This document shows positions 36,953 to 49,469 of a DNA stretch of 64,000 nt, in pieces; within the stretch, counting starts at the first letter, position 1, and each line of letters starts with the position of its first letter. The notes beneath the pieces are model-generated. The model saw only the letters and a list, made by a program, of their open reading frames with translations. It searched no databases and was not told the origin of the DNA. Origin of the DNA: Felis catus (taxonomy: Eukaryota). A program made the translations under genes and the position numbers. The DNA is taken from assembly GCF_018350175.1 (NCBI RefSeq), contig NC_058375.1:136524001-136588000 (forward strand). Direction: 5' to 3'.

Positions 36953-38587
36953 GGTGCCAGTTTTCTCGAAGAAGAAAAAAAATAGGGAAATGTTGATATT
37001 TAACAATGAAGCAATAATCTCTCAATGCAAGTCTAAAGGACAATTACATAAATTGATTGTGCAAATTAGAGTTAGATTAGGCCTGAAATCCAGGCAAACT
37101 GTGTATGTTTCTGCTAGTACTCAGAAAAATATATATTTTTTTGAGTTCTTCTTTTTATCAGAAGAACAAGGAAATCAGGCACCTGACCCGAATGTTTTAT
37201 GATTGGAAACAATTTAAATACACCAATACCACCTCTGAGTTTGTTTTTTTTTTTTTTTTCTTCCAGAAAGTTGTGGTTGCCTTAAACACAGTTTCCAGGG
37301 AAGTATTTTTTTACACATTCTGAATTGCTTGTCCAGTCATTTTCTTATATTACATTACTCACATCCCCTTGCTGGAGGAAATTCCCTCTTACAAATGCTG
37401 TATCACTGGGATCTATGTATATTTATGTAACCCTGGTAGTTCTGTTTCTTCTTAGACAAACTCAATGGCACTATTTCCTGAACTGAGCTCCGTTGTCTCC
37501 ATTAATATTAAATTCACACTCACAAAAGGAGAAATGCACTCAAATCTCCCAGGTCTTTTCTTCAGGATATTTATAGCTAACAAGCTCTGCTCTGATTTGG
37601 GGGTTTACTAGAGTCCTCTAACTTGCTAGAAAGCAGCACTACAATGCATTGGTTTGATGCTTGCAGGACGACTCTTCCTTCCATATCGGCATGTATTTTC
37701 TCTCTATTAATGATCCAGAACAAGGATAAATCAGAGATCCTTAGCCCTAGCTTAGAGAAGCACATTTTCCAAATAAACAAACAGAAGCATTGAGCACCCC
37801 AGAGAGCCGAGACCCCCAGGATCGTCTGGCTCATTTGAATGACCCAGAAAGGTTATGCAGACTTCTTGTCTTACAAGAGCCTGGGAGGCCCCCTGGGAAC
37901 AGCTACAGACTTGCTTGCCATAATAGAGCAATACAGTCAGCGTTTTGCCCTCTAGGTGATAATACTTTGGGACTTCACATGTTACAGGGCCTATACCCAG
38001 GAGCCTGGAGGCCATAGATTGCAATATATGATCTCATGGTGACATGAGCCCTGTTTCTGTTTCTTAGCAAATGAGGAGGATATTGAGTTAACGCTGAGGA
38101 GTGAACTGTGAACGAGTACTAGATCCACTTTTCTCTGTCCTTAGTCTCTCACACAGAAAGCAAGTGTATGTTTATATATCCTAAGCATTGCTTTGGATGT
38201 AGCCTGTAAATGAATTGGAAGTGTATTGTACGCTGAAATAATGATCACAGTCTTTTTTTCAGCAGATTGAGGCCCATATCCAGGTTAAGTAATGTGACTG
38301 CTGGGTTTTTCTTCTCTTTCTGACACTTTGGATATAGATTCCTTCCTAACTACGTATTTTGAGATTTTTCTCAGTGATTTGCTTAATGCATATGTGAGCT
38401 AAACAGGACATTTATTAGGCTAAAGAAAATAAGGTACAAGTGTCCCTGTCCTAGTTACTATTTAAATGACATCACTCACGCTTTTACAGAAGTTTCTGTC
38501 GTCATAAAAGTAAATTTTCCTAAATAAGTGAAAAGAATTCATGTTCTTACTCTTCACAATTTTCTTATAAATGTTTTCGTTAAAGGT

Positions 38588-38668
38588 ATGGGGCTGATTT
38601 CTTAGTTTTTTTTTTTCTTTTCTTTTCTTTTCTTTCTTTCTTACTTTCTTTCTTTTTTTTTTTTTATT
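38588..38668. repeat. T/TTTC low-complexity tract
   Basis: Direct reading. Confidence 0.85.
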
Positions 38669-39824
38669 CATGATCTCAATACTGAAAGAATCCTCCTGAA
38701 TCCCTTTTCATTACTCACATGTAGTTGATCACGTTAAGAGGCTTAGAACTATTTGCCAGATGTTCCATGTCTCATGATTTCATGCAAGGCAGCAGAAAAG
38801 CAATTATTGTGGTATTTCTTTTTTAAAAAAAATAGAAAGTTCTCATCTGATCTGAGAGTTGGGTGGAGCTCAGGGTGTGTCCCTTCTGTCTCTTCTGGTT
38901 TTTGGTGGAGTTAATTATTTCAGAGGAAGTCCATTTGTTTGATATAGACAAGGAGAAAAGTATCCGGAAGATTGTGCGTCATAAACTTTTTGGGGAGCAA
39001 TCATAAATTCAATTTTACTCTAGAGTCAGAGTCAGGAAATGAACGTTTTCAGAACTTTTACAAAATTAACAGTGAAAGTAATAGATGATAGGGTTCTGGA
39101 GGTCAGTGGGGGTAAGGTGGTAGGAATCTGGCTGCTGGTAGATTAACAACTGTGTCTACACTTAGAACTATGGCTTCAGGGGACCCCCATTAGATTCCAT
39201 TAACCTTTCAGCCTATTTCTTGCAGAGACTACCTGGGTGGCCAGAATAAGCAAGAACCAAAGTAATTGGGGCTTGAAAAGCAAATCAATGTGAAAGTTCT
39301 GGTGTTGGGCTCAAGATATTAGTCAGTCATTGACAGAAGAAATGTGGCTTAGAAATCAGAACAGAAGCTGGGACGTTTTGTTTTTAATCCCTCTTAACTA
39401 GCAACGTAACTTTTAGAAATAATGCATCATTTCTCACATTTCCACAATTACTACTGTAGAGGAATACATTGAAAGAAATTTATTATTATCTTGATTTTTT
39501 TTTATTTTTTGAAAGTATTTAGAACCATTCACACATGTATAAAAAATGTGCAACAGTATCAAAAATTGTGAAATTGAAAACTTATCTACGCCAGGGATCC
39601 AAAACTTTATTTGGGAGTCAAGTAATGTCCAAAGAAGACACTGGCCTTGTTTAATTACTACCACCATGGTTTCTTTCTGTTTGTTTGCTGTTTGTTTGTT
39701 TTCTTCCTTTTATTCTCTCCCCAAGAGGTGGTACAATTGAATCCATCTCATTGGGAGATCCGGCCTTAAACAGGCTTCTGTGATGACCCTTCAACCTGAA
39801 TCTACTTTCTTTTCAATGGATCCT

Positions 39825-39842
39825 AGGAAGTGGAACTGAAAC
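39825..39842 (+). promoter_or_regulatory. Overlapping ETS core and ETS-IRF composite (EICE)-like motif
   Basis: AGGAAGTGGAACTGAAAC contains GGAAGT and GGAAnnGAAA. Confidence 0.3.
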
Positions 39843-40627
39843 ACTGGCCTCCCCAAACTAAAGCTGGTCATTCCAGAAGATGCAGGCTCTCCTTGGCTCT
39901 CCACTCTGGCACACTGGGGCTTTGCCCTTTCTCTGGAGCCATCTCTCAGCCTTGGCCCAAAGCTTTCCTGTGCCATTGCGTGTCTGAGGGACATCCTGTG
40001 TACTTCATGTATATCTCAATTACTTGTGATCATCTGAATCTGAAAGCCCAGATAATTAAGCACACAGATAATTTAATCTCTTCATTATAGGCATAATCTT
40101 CAATCTCCATCCCCAAAATTTTATAAGAGCTGCACACAAATCATATCATCTGACAGATTTAAATTCCACATTTTTCTCTTTCCCTCGCTGTGCATTTGGC
40201 AAAAGTCCTAAAGAATCTTAAAATGGCCAAAATGCATACACCAGGAATAGAAGGAAAAGAGCAGAATCCTGGATAATCTATTGATGAGTAACCTATTTAT
40301 GAATACTTTTTTGAAAAATCACATATTTATAGCCCTAATTGAAAAGAGATTTTTTTTCCTGTATTTTCTACTACTTTCTTACACATTTAAACAGTCAATT
40401 GTTTCATTTAATTAGAAATAGTGACATTCCAATAAAAAAAGTCTCCCAAATACACACACACACGTGCACACACACACACACATTCAAATACGCACTTCTC
40501 CAGTACGTTTATGCGTGACATCCAGTAGCACAGTTCCACATTTACAGCCACCACTATATCTGACCCCTCATTCATGAAGGCTCCTGCTGCTTAGCCTTGA
40601 GCTACTGGGCTCCTGTCATTTCCCGCT

Positions 40628-40831
40628 NNNNNNNNNNNNNNNNNNNNNNNNNNNNNNNNNNNNNNNNNNNNNNNNNNNNNNNNNNNNNNNNNNNNNNNNN
40701 NNNNNNNNNNNNNNNNNNNNNNNNNNNNNNNNNNNNNNNNNNNNNNNNNNNNNNNNNNNNNNNNNNNNNNNNNNNNNNNNNNNNNNNNNNNNNNNNNNNN
40801 NNNNNNNNNNNNNNNNNNNNNNNNNNNNNNN
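40628..40831. other. Assembly gap
   Basis: Run of N. Confidence 1.
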
Positions 40832-41409
40832 AACATTGATTTGACAAGAAATCACACAAATCCATCCATACCAAAGGACACGTACATCCACAGAGTTCCA
40901 AACCAATGAGCACATTATGGACAGATTGAAAACCTGCCTAGGCTGGATTCATATGTGGCACATGCTCTCCAAGGTTTTCATCTGCCAAATATGGTTATAT
41001 GTTAGGTGTCAATGTTACTCTCTGATTGTGCTACCAGCTGACGACATAAACCACGGACACCGACAAAGCAAACACATACCATCACTCTGAGGGGTGGGGG
41101 GCCGTTTTTCAAACTTTTTTGGAATGGAATGAAAGAAATACATTTTGCAGTGTGGCCTAATACATATGAACAACAAATGAAATAAGATTGCATGAAACAA
41201 TACGTATCCCTACTATGAATGACGCACTCAGTTTTATTTTCTTTCTATTTCATTATGTTGTATTCTATTCATAGGGTAAAGATTTTTAGGCTGTTGTTAT
41301 GACCACTGAGATTTATTGTAATCTGTTAATGAGTCATGCAATTGTTAGGATTCTCATCCTGTAGAACTTTCTTTTATTTCTTAATAGGTTTTGTAGTGGA
41401 TATGGCTTT

Positions 41410-41439
41410 TTCTTCTTCCTCTTTTTCTTTTTTCTTTTC

Positions 41440-41470
<31 letters not shown>

Positions 41471-41530
41471 CTTTTCATTTTTCTTTTCTTCTCCTCCCCT
41501 TCCCTTTTCTTCCTTTTGTTTTCTGTTCTT
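41410..41530. repeat. Pyrimidine-rich (TTTTC)n low-complexity tract
   Basis: Direct reading. Confidence 0.85.
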
Positions 41531-41580
41531 TTTGAGTTACATATAGACACATAGCTATTGCTTTAATAATCCCCAACAGA

Positions 41581-41757
41581 GGGGCACCTGGCTGACTCAG
41601 TCCATTCAGTGTCAGACTATTGATTTCCTCTCAGGTCATGATCCCAGGGTAGTGGGGTGTTGAGCTCCCTAGTGACTATGGAGTTGGGGTTCTCTCTCTC
41701 TCAGTCCCTCTGCCCCTGTCCCCTGTTTGTGCGTGCTCTCTGTCTCTCAAAAAAATC
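41581..41757 (+). mobile_element. Old Can-SINE
   Basis: GGGGCACCTGGCTGACTCAGTC...TCAGGTCATGATCCCAGGGT; TSD ATCCCCAA(C/T)AGA. Confidence 0.88.
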
Positions 41758-42219
41758 CATCCCCAATAGACATGTGGCTGAAGAAAATGACCATCAAATT
41801 TAACATCCATTGATTAACTACTATGCCTATTAACCTAGGATGAGTGTTTTAAAGATACCTGAGCCTAACTCAAAATTGTAGCTAACAACATTCATTACAT
41901 TTAAATTATTTAAACTTACATTTAAAGAATCGCAATCAATTATGCAGTATTTTTAGGGTTAATTATTCATCTAGAGTTGACCTATTTAGGGAATATTTTT
42001 AAAAATATATTTTTATGCAAGGTAGAAATCCACTAAGTCAAATATTCTTTTCCTCTCCTTAAGATGAAAATTCTACTTAAGTGTCCCCTGAATTTAGGGA
42101 TGCTGGTGGTGGTTAGGGTTGGGAAATCATCAGTTTTGCAATTAACAAGGGACAGGCAGATTTCTGGCAACCACCAGTCTCCCTATCTTGTGGCCTTATT
42201 TACTGTGGGATAGCTTCAC

Positions 42220-42570
42220 TGCTTGGCTCCAGTAATAGGCATTCAAATCTGGCTCATCCTATCAAGGTATACCAATAACCTGGTCACCATAATTTGCTCA
42301 AACTGGGCACATAATCCAAATCAGCCAGTGGAGTCATCACTGAGAATCAAGCTTAAAATATCTGGGAAAAGCCACAGCTCTTAAACTTTCTTGTAGGTTT
42401 TGTTACCTGTAAGAAAACACATAAGTCTTGAACAAAAAGTGACCTAGGTAAAACCTTTCTAAGAGTGACTACATATATCTTAAGGATTAATTTGGACCCT
42501 GGATCTGGCTATGCTTAACAATGAAATCACTTTGGGACCACTCATTTCGAAAAACCAACTAATTTCTTAA
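42220..42570 (+). mobile_element. Ancient MaLR LTR (MLT1K/L-like)
   Basis: CTGGTCACCATAATTTG..GGGCACATAATCCAAATCAGCCAG; TTTGGACCCTGGATCTGGCTATGC. Confidence 0.45.
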
Positions 42571-43109
42571 AAAAAAAAAAAAAAGGCTATTTAACTGGAC
42601 TTCCAATAAGGGCAACAGAAAAGAGACCCGAAAACTCTCTATCATGTTCAAACATTTTTGAAAGATCTACTCACTTCACTCCATTGTGTATTTATTTAAC
42701 AATCATGGTTCTCTTATAAATGGCTGTGTAACTCTGAACAAGTCACCACACCTCTCTGTTCTTGGTACCTTATACATAAAATACGGATGGTAAGGATGTT
42801 TTTATTTTGCTGCATATTCACTCACTTGGTTAGAGACTTTGGTTAGTACAAACTCTAGATTTAACCCAAGTACAACCTTGTAAACGTCTGTCTCCTCCAG
42901 CCACTAACTACACCCTCAATTCTGATTCTTCATTTTGGATAAGACAAGCGCTCACTTTTAACAAGCCTGGAAATATCTCCTTTGGTGATTCAATACAATT
43001 TTGTCCTATTACCAAGTAACAAGCTAAAAGAATAAGTATTTCTTATATGCAATATTTTACTCTTCTATAGGCATCTCCAGTCCTGTGAAATATTTCTTAC
43101 AATAGCCTC

Positions 43110-45103
43110 TCATCACTTTGATAATGGATATCTTAGGTGAGAGGTGATATCTCATTGTGGTTTTGATTTGCTTTTCCCTGATGATTAGCGATGCTCAGCA
43201 CTGTTTCATGTATCTGTTGCCATTTGCATATCTTCTTTGGAAAAAAATGTCCATCCAGGTCCTTTGCCCATTTTTAAATTTATTATTGTTGTTCTCATTG
43301 AGGTGTATGAATTCCTTGTGTATTTTGGATATTAACCCCTTATTGGATATGGAGCTTGCAAATATGTTTTTCCTATCCTAGAAGTTGATTTTTTATTTCG
43401 TTGATGGTTTCTTTTCTATGCAGAAACTTTTTATTTTGATGTAGTCCCACTAGTTTATTTTTTGGTTTTGTTGTTTTTGCTTTTGTTAACAAATCCAAAA
43501 CATCATTGCTAAAACTCATGTCAAAGAAGTTAACACCTATGTTTTTCTTGAGTAGTTTATGGTTTCAGGTCTTAAATTCAAGTCTTTAATCCAGTTTGAG
43601 TTGATTTTTGTATATGATGTAAGATAGTGGTTCAGTTTCATTCTTTGGTATGTAGGTGTCCAGTTTTCCCAGCACCATTTGTTGAAGACACTGTCCTTTT
43701 TCCCCACTGTATATTCTTTTCTCCTTTGTCATACATTCATTGGCCATATATGCACGGTTTATTTCTACACTCTCTNNNNNNNNNNNNNNNNNNNNNNNNN
43801 NNNNNNNNNNNNNNNNNNNNNNNNNNNNNNNNNNNNNNNNNNNNNNNNNNNNNNNNNNNNNNNNNNNNNNNNNNNNNNNNNNNNNNNNNNNNNNNNNNNN
43901 NNNNNNNNNNNNNNNNNNNNNNNNNNNNNNNNNNNNNNNNNNNNNNNNNNNNNNTTTTGTGAAAAATGACACTGGACTTTTGATAGAGACTGCACTGACT
44001 CTCTAGATTGCTTTAGGTAGTATGGACAACATTAGTTATTGCAATCCATAAACAAAGAATACTTTTCCATTTATTTGTGTTTTCAGTTTCTTTTATCAAT
44101 GCCTTACGGTTTTCAGTGTGCCAATCTTTTATCTCCTTGGTTAAGTTTATTCCTAATTATTATATTCTTTTTGTGCACTTATAAATAGGACTGTCTTCTT
44201 AATTTCTCTTTCCAATATTCCATTTATCTATAGAAACACACTTGCTGGGATGTCTATTATCAAAAAGACAAGAAAAAAAATACTGGCAAGGATATGAAGG
44301 AAGAGGGAGCCCTTACAACCGTTGGTGGGAATACACACTGGTACAGGTACCATGAAAAACAGCATGTAGGTTCCTCAAGAAATTAAAAGTAGAGCTACCA
44401 TATTATCTAGCAACCCTACTTCTGGACATATATACAAAGGAACTGAAATCATTATCTCAAAAACATATCTGTACTCTCAGGTTCACAGCAGTATTATTCA
44501 CAATAGCTAAGTTATGGAAACAACCTAAGTTTCAGTCAACAGATGAATAGACCAAGAAAATGTGGTGTATATATAAAAAATGGATTATTCAGCCATTAAC
44601 AAGAAGGAAATCCTGCCATTTACAACAACATGGATGAACCTGGAGGACACTATGCTATGTGAGATAAGTCAGATAGAGAAAGACCAATACTGGATGGTAT
44701 CAGATGTGGAATCTAAAAAACCAAAAGTCAAACTTCTAGAAACAGTAGAAAAGTGGTTGTGGAATGGAGGATTAAGTGGTGAGGAAAATAAGGAGAGGCT
44801 AGTAAAAGGATACACATTTTCAGTTATAAGGTAAGTTCTGAGGATCTTATGTATAACATGGTAGTGAGTAGAGTTAACACTTTTTGTATAATTGAAATTT
44901 GCTAAGAGACCATAACTTAAATGTTCTCACAAAAAAAGGTAAATGTATGAAGTGATAGATCTGTTATTTAACTCAATGGGGGGAAATTTTTTCACATCTT
45001 TTCATATCCTTGTGTATGAATACCAAATCATAGCATTGTAAACTCAAAATATCTTATAATTTTATTTGTTAAATATACCTCAGGAAATCTGGGAAATAAA
45101 AAA
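43110..45103 (+). mobile_element. 5'-inverted (twin-primed) L1, L1MA9-like; inverted arm about 43110-44240, forward arm about 44247-45103; contains gap 43776-43954
   Basis: Antisense ORF2 sequence (GATATCTCATTGTGGTTTTGATTTGC) switches to sense ORF2 end and 3'UTR (TATTATCAAAAAGACAAG...TATACCTCA); TSD AATAGCCTC at 43101-43109 and 45104-45112. Confidence 0.9.
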
Positions 45104-45149
45104 AATAGCCTCCAAAGTCAGTAGAGAAGTTTTTTACTAGATTCATTTT

Positions 45150-45186
45150 ATACACACTCACACACACACACACTCACACACACACA
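45150..45186. repeat. Imperfect (CA)n
   Basis: Direct reading. Confidence 0.85.
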
Positions 45187-46444
45187 AATGGTGTTCAATT
45201 ATTTTCTCAAGATCAAATGGCTAAGGAGTTCTATTCAACATTGCACTGAGGACTTAGAGCAAAGAGGATGTGAGAGAAGGGATATCAGGAGAACTGAGTA
45301 GGATATGACTATAGTCAAAGGCATGGTGAGAGGAAGGGTCTGAACAACCCCAAGGGTTTGGGATATCATTATGACTCAGGCCAAGTTTATAACCAGGTGC
45401 ATGTTTTATGTGAGAACAAGCAGTCTGAAACTTGGTAAGTATTCTCCAAAGAAGGATCATAAATAATAGAATTATGTAAGCACACATTTATTCACATAAA
45501 CTATCATTTATTTTATCACCAGCAGTCTCTTTCCTAGGTTTTATTTTCTTGAGCACTTTTCCCTATGTTTTCTCTTGATCAATCTCCACACTGGCTGTTT
45601 TCAGCATTTTCCCTTCAGCAGTCAGAGGAGTGAGGACCTCCCACGTCTATGATGGACAGACCTTTAGCTCATCTGTCAAAACAACCTGCTTACTCGCTGA
45701 ATGTCTAGTCACTGAAGACAAATGCCCTTCTGTTATTTCCCATCTATTTTCCTTTCAAAATTAGGAAGAGAGCTTTTCCTTTTCCACTCAAAAACAACCT
45801 TATGAGCAACAAGGTGTATGGTCAAAGCTAAAGAAAAGAAAGTACAAAACAATAAGAGTTAAACTGACATGCATTTCAGGGTCACATATAGATAGTTTTA
45901 GAAAGCTGAAAAGTCCCTTGCCCTCTTTATGTTATTTGCAACATTTTGTCATTTGCCAAAAGACATCATATTTCTATCTCTCTCCATTTTTTGTATAAAC
46001 ACATATAATATGACAGGGTACAGATAGGTGAAGTTCACACGCATTTTATAATAAGGCCACAGAAACTTAATTATATGTGCAAAGCAAATTGTATACAATG
46101 ATAAGAATGCAAGTCCTGTTGTCCAATCTTGTTAGCCATCAAAATACATTTTATACAGCTCAAAGTTTAAAATAATTATTTGGGCTGTTATTTGGAAAAA
46201 AAAATATTTTATTCCCCAAGTTCATTGACTTATTCATTCACTCATTTATTCAACACATATTCATAAGGCATATACAACGTGGAAAGTATTTTGTAAAATA
46301 TTAATTATGTTTTAGTGGCCAAATAATTACTGCACCAAAACACTATCATTAAGGGAAAATATGTGTATGCATGTGTATAAATATATTTTCAAAACTGACA
46401 GTAAGTAAAATAATTTTCTATTCACTATAATGTATTTTTCTCCC

Positions 46445-46560
46445 TAGGCTGCCTGAATATGAGAACTAGGTTTATCTTTATGTAGCTTCTTGAGGAAGTC
46501 ACTTAACTTTCTAAGCCTCAGTTTCCACATTTGTAAATAGGTAAAATCAAATTAAATACA
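46445..46560 (+). mobile_element. MIR fragment
   Basis: GAAGTCACTTAACTTTCTAAGCCTCAGTTTCCACATTTGTAAATAGG. Confidence 0.75.
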
Positions 46561-48307
46561 ACCAAGGTGATGCTTATTCTGTGATTCAAATTGTTCCTTT
46601 TTTGAAATTTGTATTCCCATTCAGAGACAAAATCTCTTAAAGACTGGGACTCTCTTCTTGTGGTAGGTTATTCAAACCGATTTCATGTAGACTGCTAGGC
46701 TACAGTGGGGATTCAAGGCAACAAGAGTCGAGTCAAAGAAAAAATGTAAAACACCATACATAACGTGTCATGCCTTCTGTAAGAAATCCACATACTGACT
46801 CACCCTGTCCGCCATTCGAATGTTTTCCTAGGAAATGCTTAATATATCTTTTGTAGAGTAAGGTGGTCTTATGTCAATAGGCTCTCCCGGTTGCATTTTC
46901 CTTTAAGCCTTACCTCTAATGACTCAGAGTGCTGCCTTATTACATAACTTTAGGTGTAAGAGAATGGTTAAAGGGAGGGCTATAAGAGAAAGAATATCGG
47001 GGAAGTCTTCTTGACTTCCTGAAATCATATAAAGTTCAGCATCAATTCTGTAGGCAACCTTGAGAATACAAATCCAAGAGATTTGAGCAAGAAAAGGGCC
47101 TTCCTGCATCTATTCCAACAACTTGCAAACTTTGAATCTAGCTCTTCAGGTGTTGATCTTATTGGAAAAGAGATTCTGCTTTATTCCATTTGTGCCAGGG
47201 TATCAAAGTTTTCAGTATGTTGGAAATCAGACCCTGTAATCTCGACTTCCTAGAAGAAGTTTATTTTATGTGTCTATCCTGGAATCAATTAGGTCCCAAC
47301 CACAATTTTCAGGAATCAGTGTGTCACATTGTAGACTTTGTGGGCTGATTATACACTAGAAGACATAGTCTTTACTCTCAGAAAGTCGACAGTTTAATTG
47401 TTTTTTTGGCTTTGTTATCACCTGGGGAAAGGCTATACTTCTCAGGACTTTAAGTGCCTCAATAAGTAAATTTTGTTTTAACTAAATTCTCACTTTATTT
47501 TAAAATGAGATGTTGTTTGTGAGGAGGACACAGCAGTAAGACAGGCTACATTACAGAAGAAAGGGCCTTAAAATGATATCAGGAGAATATTTGGCTTTAT
47601 ACCTTCCAGAAGGAAATAAGAAACTCATCAAGGACTCTGACAGTGGGACCAGTGTGACAACGAGTAGCATCTTCAGAACGAATAATTTGGACTAATTCAT
47701 ATAGAAGTACATAACATTTTCTCCTCTCTGTCAAATTCCTGGCCCCAGTAGATATTTGTCCTTTTGTTGCTTGATTCTGCTGAAAATCTCAAAGCTGCAG
47801 AAGTTTTACTTGTTTCTGACACTCAGAAGAGGAGAGGTCATTCCTACCTGGGTGGGTCTGTGCATCTTTTGATAATGCAGTATGATATCACATGGCAGCC
47901 AGCTGGTCATGCTCTTTAGACCTTCACTGGTCTAAACCTTCCTCTTTATTGGTCTAGATGTATTCCTCACTCACCATGTCAATAAACCTCTCTGCTCCTC
48001 CTCTCGGCTTTCACCACATACCCCACTGGGGCCTTATGTCAAGGAAATCACTGATCACGACGAGACTCTCCATATTTTTGTGTAAAATAATCTCTTAGCC
48101 AGATGTAAGATATCCTACAATCATTTCATGTTACATTGAAGTTGATCATTCTTTTTTTTAACTTATAGATGTATAAGTTCAAGATATTTCAGAAAGAGTT
48201 AAAAGCAATAAAAAAAAGAAACACTTTTTGAAACTTTGCATCCAGAGTAAACTAACTTTTGGAATCTCCTCTTTCTCTGTCTGTTTTCCTTTTACTATGA
48301 TTGCTAG

Positions 48308-48400
48308 TTTCACGGGGAAGAAAATGTCTCAGAACAGTTCGGAGAGCATGTTGTAACCCCACATCACCAGCAGACTCAACTCCATTCACAAATGGAAGTT
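48308..48400 (+). CDS. Candidate 93-nt exon, gene unidentified
   Basis: Long polypyrimidine tract ending TGCTAG, donor GTT|GTAAGG; two open frames (FHGEENVSEQFGEH... or VSRGRKCLRTVRRACC...). Confidence 0.2.
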
Positions 48401-49469
48401 GTAAGGTTGTAGTGACCAATTGTTTTTTCCTTGTCACATTTGTTCCACCATCGTTAGTGTTACTAACAAATGGAATGAGGAAAACCTGAAGGGAATTTAA
48501 AAATAAAGCATATGCAAAGACATTTACAAAAATGCATACAATTTACAAAAACGAACCAAGTGGAAGGATTGGAAGCTTATTTTCACAATTCTGTGTAGGT
48601 TGAATTGTCTGAGGGGGAGCACATTTGAGAAGAAAGAAAAAAAAAGGTCACTGCGAAGTTCCTCACATACAATTCTTCTGACCAAGTTTTCTGTGAGAAA
48701 GATAGAACCACTGGCATGTGTCCACCATTAGTACACTTTAAATAGAATGACTAGAAACCTAAGTGATTTTCACCCCATTTCATTTAATGCAATTTTGATT
48801 GATTCCTACATGTTAAAAAAGAAATTTCTTTACCAAAACATGAAAATTGGCAGTTTTGAAGATACTGCTTTTTCTATTTTTTTTTCCATTCCAACCATCT
48901 TCAAACTAAAAAATGGAATATATGAGCAGGTAATAGTTTAATTTGTTATTAAAAGTAATTAGTGTCTGGTCTTTGAGGGTTATTTCTATGTAAGTTTTAA
49001 ATAGAAAACCATTTAACATATATTTATCTTTGTAAGCTATTTTAAATGATCAGCAAATACCTTCTCATCACATAAAAGGAGCCATTTAAAACATTCTTAT
49101 TCTGATAAAAGAAAATTATAATGTATGAGACCATAGAAACTAAGGTAGTATTTAAGCTGTGATAGACACTATAAGGAGAAAGACATATTTAGTCAGCACA
49201 TGTTTCTTTGATTGTCCTCTTCTGATTATTGATACAGTTTCTATTTTTGTGTGTTGTTGTGTACCTGAGTCCTAGTCAACTAATAAAAGAGAAAGGTAGG
49301 CTTTAAGCTTTAAGAAACATCTGAATTTAAAGACTTCTTGATGTCTTTTTATTTGAATCATTTATGGGCAAAAATCTCCTACTCATAGTGTAGAAGACTG
49401 CTTGTTGTTTTTGTTAAGGAAATATTATAATTGTATCCATATATTTTGCTTTTTTTATTCATCTATTCT

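Noticed and set aside
40500-40570. Minus-strand THKRTGEV resembling kinase subdomain I-II
   Set aside because: No Gly-rich loop, no VAxK lysine, and stops flank it closely.
6195-43995. Long ORFs in the track containing X runs (e.g. 6195-6767, 21949-22353, 36418-36996, 43586-43972)
   Set aside because: They are open only because N codons contain no stops.
43157-44834. ORFs resembling L1 ORF2
   Set aside because: Fragmentary, frameshifted pieces of an old inverted L1, not a functional gene.
48420-48480. Possible pre-miRNA hairpin
   Set aside because: Stems are short and interrupted. No mature miRNA I recall (let-7, miR-1/133, 30, 99, 135, 137, 181, 216) matched anywhere in the readable sequence.
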